The notes under the pieces were generated by a model. It saw only the letters and a list, made by a program, of their open reading frames with translations, did no database searches and was not told the origin of the DNA. 32,000 nt of DNA from the NCBI RefSeq assembly GCF_003367075.2, contig NZ_CP065936.1:1950001-1982000 (forward strand). The letters are read 5' to 3'. Source of the DNA: Cylindrospermopsis raciborskii Cr2010. GTDB lineage: Bacteria; Cyanobacteriota; Cyanobacteriia; Cyanobacteriales; Nostocaceae. Below are positions 28,358 to 32,000 of this stretch, in pieces. The stretch's first letter is position 1; every line of letters starts with the position of its first letter. Position numbers and translations under genes: made by a program.

Positions 28358-28644
28358 GTTCTCCTCTTGTGTCAAACCTGGTTGATATGCTCTTACCCTG
28401 GAGAAAATCGTACCTTTAATCAGAAGAAATGCTTACATATCCCAAGTTACAACAATGTGTTCCCATGAGTTGACAAACTCTCATATTATAAGTTATTATG
28501 TCCGGGGTCAAGAAAAATGCAATTACCTTACAACCTTTTTCATCCTTGTGGGTAAAATCCCTTGTCTATTGAGAATAGAGTGATTAACTGCTAAAATTTA
28601 GTATCATCAAAATCTTAACATTCAATAATTCTGAGTTAAAATAT

Positions 28645-29514
28645 ATGAAACTAAATGATTTTAAATCTTTTTTAGGTAATCCTGTTTATGAAGATAAAGA
28701 TGTATTGATTTACCAAGGTGACTCATTAACAATCATGAATAAATTACCAGCAGGATGTTTACCCTTAACCGTTACATCTCCTCCCTATAATATCGGCAAA
28801 GAATATGAATCTATATTATCATTAGAAGATTATATTCAATGGACATCTAAATGGATTAATCAAGTTTATTATTGCACATCATCTTCTGGTGCGTTTTGGC
28901 TAAATCTTGGTTATCTTTCTATTCCTAATACAGCTAAAGCAATTCCAATCCCCTATTTAATTTGGGATAAAATTCCTTTTTATTTAATCCAAGAAATTGT
29001 TTGGAATTATGGTGCGGGAGTAGCAGGTAAATTGTTTTTTTCTCCTCGTAATGAGAAATTTTTATGGTATGTAAAAGACTCTCAAAACTATTTATTTAAT
29101 TTAGATGATATCCGTGATCCTAATGTTAAATACCCTAATCAAAAGAAAAATGGCAAATTAAAATGTAATGTTAACGGAAAAAATCCTACTGATGTTTGGC
29201 AAATCCCCAAAATTACATCTGGTCAAAATCGTAGTTCTAAAGAAAGAACTCCTCATCCAGCACAATTTCCAGTTGAGTTAATTAGTCGAATCATTTTAGC
29301 CAGTAGTCATCCTGGAGATATTATATTTGATCCTTTTTTTGGTTCTGGTTCAATAGCAGAAGCAGCTATAAAAACAGGACGTAAAGCAATAGGTATTGAA
29401 ATCAATCCAAATTATGTAAACATTGCAGTACAAAGAGTTAAAAATATCAGATATGAGAAAGAAAATCAAGTGAAACAAGGTAGTTTATTTGATTTAGTTA
29501 CTGATATTTTTTGA
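28645..29514 (+). CDS. DNA methyltransferase, beta-class N4/N6 (N6_N4_Mtase type; the SPPY motif suggests N4-cytosine or N6-adenine)
   Basis: Motif IV TVTSPPYNIG (aa ~42-51) precedes motif I IFDPFFGSGSIAEAA (aa ~226-240), which is the beta permutation. 289 aa, very AT-rich, with no HIP1 site. Confidence 0.85.
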   Translation: MKLNDFKSFLGNPVYEDKDVLIYQGDSLTIMNKLPAGCLPLTVTSPPYNIGKEYESILSLEDYIQWTSKWINQVYYCTSSSGAFWLNLGYLSIPNTAKAIPIPYLIWDKIPFYLIQEIVWNYGAGVAGKLFFSPRNEKFLWYVKDSQNYLFNLDDIRDPNVKYPNQKKNGKLKCNVNGKNPTDVWQIPKITSGQNRSSKERTPHPAQFPVELISRIILASSHPGDIIFDPFFGSGSIAEAAIKTGRKAIGIEINPNYVNIAVQRVKNIRYEKENQVKQGSLFDLVTDIF

Positions 29515-30228
29515 GAGATGAATTTCCTGTTTTTGACGCATAAATTGGGAACGTCTCTTTTTCACGATTTCGGGGATATATTCATTTTTATTATCTTGTC
29601 CATCAAATCCTAATCTTAAATAGACATTACCTCCTATTCCTGGTATTACTTCACCTTCGTTGGTGCGTTCATCGTCTTTAGCAAAATAAAGAAATTCAAA
29701 TTTACTATAAATATTTTCGTCAAATTCATCTTTGAGTTTTTGCTCTGCATTTTTATAAATGACAGGTGCAACTATAAATATCTTCTCTGGTTCTATTTTT
29801 TGAATCAAGTTCACTAAGTTAGTTCTGACTACACAAGCACCAGAAATAATAGATTTAATTACAATCAAATACTGAACCTTCCCATGGGAAGGTTCTTGAT
29901 ATTTTTTGAGGATGGGAGCTACTTTTAAATCTTCTATTTCAAATGGAGAAAATCGCTTGTTCCAAAAACAAGCAAAGCCAATATTGTGATAATGATTTTC
30001 TAATTCTGAAAGTATGCCTTTAGCTAAAAAATCAGCATCTTCTACTGTACAAGCAAGGTATATATCAGAAGTTTTATCATTAATTTTAGTCAGCAAGAAA
30101 TTACCAAGATTATCACCTATCTTGGTCATAGTTTCTTTGTACTGGTCTGGATTGACACCCTTATTGGCTAATGTTTCCAGTAATTTCCGAACGTCTTGGT
30201 TGCAAATATCTGTATATAACCTAGTCAT
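29494..30228 (-). CDS. Divergent uracil-phosphoribosyltransferase-like (type I PRTase fold) protein with a degenerate PRPP loop
   Basis: By eye it aligns with Upp. QYLIVIKSIISGACVVRTNLVNLIQK sits at the position of the PRPP-binding loop (xxLVDPMLATGGS in Upp). EVIPGIGGNVYLRLG matches the Upp C-terminal motif IIPGLGDAGDRxFG. 244 aa; its 3' end overlaps the methyltransferase by 21 nt in convergent orientation. Confidence 0.5.
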   Translation of the reverse strand: MTRLYTDICNQDVRKLLETLANKGVNPDQYKETMTKIGDNLGNFLLTKINDKTSDIYLACTVEDADFLAKGILSELENHYHNIGFACFWNKRFSPFEIEDLKVAPILKKYQEPSHGKVQYLIVIKSIISGACVVRTNLVNLIQKIEPEKIFIVAPVIYKNAEQKLKDEFDENIYSKFEFLYFAKDDERTNEGEVIPGIGGNVYLRLGFDGQDNKNEYIPEIVKKRRSQFMRQKQEIHLSKNISN

Positions 30229-30508
30229 ATCAAGAACACCTCCAAATCTTCAAAGGAAGTAGGGCGATTTTTTTTAATAAGTTCCTGAAATTTTTGAAAC
30301 CTTGCTGTTTCGATACTGTAAGGTAATGTTCCTGCATTAGACATCTCCGGAAATAGCCAAAGCGTTACCAATACTACTTTTTAAGGTGAGACACCCCAAT
30401 ACAAAAGTAGCTAGCTGGTATGTTAAAATAAGCGTTAGAGATGCCTCTTGTTGGGAATTAACCAAAAGATAACACCTATCTGAGATAATTTATTTTTAGC
30501 CAAGTCCA

Positions 30509-31559
30509 AATCTTGATAACTAAAATAAGTAGGTTCCCATTCGGAAACGAACAAGTCCACAAATAGTCATGATTACCTGTTCATACTTACTTGAATTTAA
30601 TCGAAATCTTTCTTGTGCCACTCTGAATATTTTCACTACACGAATTAAATGTTCAACAAAAATTCGTTCGGAAGCTAACTCTTTATTTTTTTCTTTTTGT
30701 TCAGACGTTAATTCTTGGTTTTTAGGTTTTTTTGTCGGAGTTTTCATTAACTCCTCTCCTTGATAAGCTTTATCACCACTAAATTTTTGTTTTTTATCAA
30801 ATATATTTCTGGTTTCACGGAATAAATTTACATCACTTTTTGGACCAGGTTTACCCGCTACTACATCAACAATATCTTTACCATTTGGTAAAACGATTAG
30901 TTGACTTTTTCTAGTATGACAGGCTTTTTTACCTGAATAATATTTTTTTTGTTCTTGGTACTCTCCAGGTCTGTCTATAGGCTGTTCATAGCTATCCACT
31001 ATTAACTCAAATTCTGTTAATATTTCTTTAACGACTTCGTAATCACTGGAGTTTTTTTTTACCTGTTCTAGCAAACTTGGTGGCAATAATTCTCCTATTA
31101 TTGGCAACCAATAGTTAAAGATATCATTTGCAGTTGTTTCACTTACTCCAAATTGAATACCTAGTAGCTGAAATGTTGTTAACTGCCGTAAATATGTTAA
31201 TGTTAAGATTATTTGCTCCGACGGTGATAATTTGGGTTTGCGCCCTCCACCGCCTTGAATAATTCGGGTTTTTTTTGATTCAACCAATTGTTGTTTCTGA
31301 TGATGCAGTTTTATGGCTTTTTCCAAAAGTTGCTGTAACTGCTCATACTTCAGACCCAATAAACGGTGTGATTCGTGAGGATTATTCTGGATATATTCAG
31401 ATATGTTGCTCATAATAAGTTGCCAAAAATACCATTTCATATTATTTTATCACACTTTGATTCTTTTTCGGAGATGTCTATTTAGACCGTCGAAATACTC
31501 CCATTGTAAAAACCCTCTGGTTAAATTATATGTGAAACCGTCTATTTTATCAAAGATTT
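30509..31559 (-). mobile_element. Insertion sequence carrying the DDE_Tnp_4 transposase (boundaries approximate)
   Basis: Imperfect terminal inverted repeat: the left aaatcttgataactaaaataag (30509-) matches the reverse complement of the right end, aaatctttgataaaatagac (-31559). I found no clear target-site duplication, so the ends are tentative. Confidence 0.4.
30520..31440 (-). CDS. DDE transposase, DDE_Tnp_4 / IS5-superfamily (Harbinger-like) type
   Basis: N-terminal HTH region (LTYLRQLTTFQLLGIQFGVSETTANDIF). DDE region with LIVDSYEQPIDRP, GKDIVDVVAGKPGPKSDVNLF, FSGDKAYQG and ERIFVEHLIRVVKIFRV. The true start is probably MSNISEY (31413). Confidence 0.85.
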   Translation of the reverse strand: MKWYFWQLIMSNISEYIQNNPHESHRLLGLKYEQLQQLLEKAIKLHHQKQQLVESKKTRIIQGGGGRKPKLSPSEQIILTLTYLRQLTTFQLLGIQFGVSETTANDIFNYWLPIIGELLPPSLLEQVKKNSSDYEVVKEILTEFELIVDSYEQPIDRPGEYQEQKKYYSGKKACHTRKSQLIVLPNGKDIVDVVAGKPGPKSDVNLFRETRNIFDKKQKFSGDKAYQGEELMKTPTKKPKNQELTSEQKEKNKELASERIFVEHLIRVVKIFRVAQERFRLNSSKYEQVIMTICGLVRFRMGTYLF

Positions 31560-31592
31560 CTTTTATTTCTGGATTTAGCTGTAGTTCTGTAT

Positions 31593-31660
31593 AATTACGA
31601 ATTACGAATTACGAATTACGAATTACAAATTACGAATTACGAATTACGAATTACGAATTA
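31593..31660. repeat. Heptanucleotide tandem repeat (AATTACG)n, about 9.7 copies, STRR-like
   Basis: aattacg repeats head to tail from 31593 to 31660 with one variant unit (aattaca). Period 7, no spacers. Confidence 0.95.
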
Positions 31661-31667
31661 TTTTATC

Positions 31668-31708
31668 CCATAAAATATATGAACAGCACCATGGGGGAGA
31701 TTCCCAAA
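31668..31708. repeat. Right copy of the 41/44-bp direct repeat bracketing the cassette
   Basis: ccataaaatatatgaacagcaccatgggggagattcccaaa matches 28290-28333. Both copies share the IKYMN-type variant (cataaaatatatg) rather than the GRYMN version in D (gggcgatatatg). Confidence 0.85.
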
Positions 31709-31718
31709 AATGATCAGT

Positions 31719-32000
31719 TTACAAACTCCCTAAAACCTCCAACCCCTCACCCCAATTCTCATTATACCGTAGAGTTAAAACTTGATAACTAGCATTGTAC
31801 CTGAGATTATCCCGCTCAATTTTATCTTGCTTTTTCTGCTCAGGACTATCATGAACTGAACCATCACAAAAGAGAGCGATCGCATCTTCCTTATACACAA
31901 AATCTGGTTTACAATTGGCTTCAGGAATAAATTCCTGTGCAGCATCAGGTAGTTTATACCCCCGTTGATAAATCTCCTGTAACACTACTCGTTCAAAATC
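31719..32000 (-). CDS. C-terminal end of a larger protein (open to the window edge) with a Vsr/DUF559-like PD-(D/E)xK endonuclease-type domain
   Basis: The frame stays open from 31985 to 32000 (DFERVV-LQEIYQRGY...), so the GTG in the track is not the real start. CKPDFVYKEDAIALFCDGSVHDSPEQKKQDKIERDNLRYNASYQVL resembles the (a)DF...(l)xxDGxxH...D..R core of DUF559/Vsr-type domains found at the C-termini of large helicase/defence proteins. It contains a HIP1 site (31876-31883). Confidence 0.45.
   Translation of the reverse strand, partial: DFERVVLQEIYQRGYKLPDAAQEFIPEANCKPDFVYKEDAIALFCDGSVHDSPEQKKQDKIERDNLRYNASYQVLTLRYNENWGEGLEVLGSL

Noticed and set aside
28358-28644. The 287-nt gap upstream of the methyltransferase, scanned for a controller (C-protein) ORF or a clear promoter.
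   Set aside because: It contains only a TTGACA hexamer with poor spacing to any -10-like element and no credible small HTH ORF, so the evidence is insufficient.
29494-30228. The 244-aa ORF considered as the cognate restriction endonuclease of the adjacent methyltransferase.
   Set aside because: I could not find a PD-(D/E)xK, HNH or GIY-YIG pattern. The UPRTase-like C-terminal motif and PRPP-loop position fit better. This remains unproven.
31593-31660. The tandem repeat array considered as a possible CRISPR or minisatellite-encoded feature.
   Set aside because: The period is only 7 nt with no spacers. It is a simple STRR-like heptamer array, not a CRISPR.

Overview
The window looks like chromosomal DNA from a filamentous, Nostocales-type cyanobacterium. 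This is inferred from 14 HIP1 octamers (GCGATCGC), a heptamer STRR-like tandem repeat, the AT-rich composition and the gene content. Positions 1-21000 are ordinary housekeeping genes, almost all on the minus strand: nadA (partial), a pterin carbinolamine dehydratase, moaA (+), rpsD, a PiT phosphate permease, a Zn-dependent alcohol dehydrogenase, leuA, a NYN/LabA-like protein, a PlsY-like/PEP-utilizing fusion, and a cobG-cobH-cobI-cbiG/cobJ operon. The first ~58 codons of the track's cobG ORF are not coding. They form a cobalamin riboswitch aptamer (20828-20970, minus strand) closed by a 9-bp P1 helix, and cobG most likely starts at a TTG at 20788. Positions 21276-28133 (+) hold the most interesting locus, a tightly packed five-gene operon. 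It encodes three paralogous small Ras-like GTPases, each with a P-loop a few residues from the start plus DxxGE and an NKxD-position motif. These are followed by two paralogous large proteins (902 and 532 aa) that I cannot assign to any family. The two share a ~515-aa module with one TM helix and a C-terminal domain carrying four conserved Cys. The 902-aa protein also has a unique N-terminal domain and a recently duplicated P/Q-rich repeat. A third copy of that N-terminal domain survives as a 54-codon stub (28193-28357). The stub is truncated next to a ~3.3-kb AT-rich, HIP1-free cassette bracketed by 41/44-bp direct repeats. The cassette carries a beta-class SPPY DNA methyltransferase, a divergent uracil-PRTase-like protein, a DDE_Tnp_4 IS and a 7-nt tandem repeat. 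The window ends inside a minus-strand gene whose C-terminus looks like a Vsr/DUF559-type endonuclease domain. I found no tRNA, rRNA or CRISPR array.
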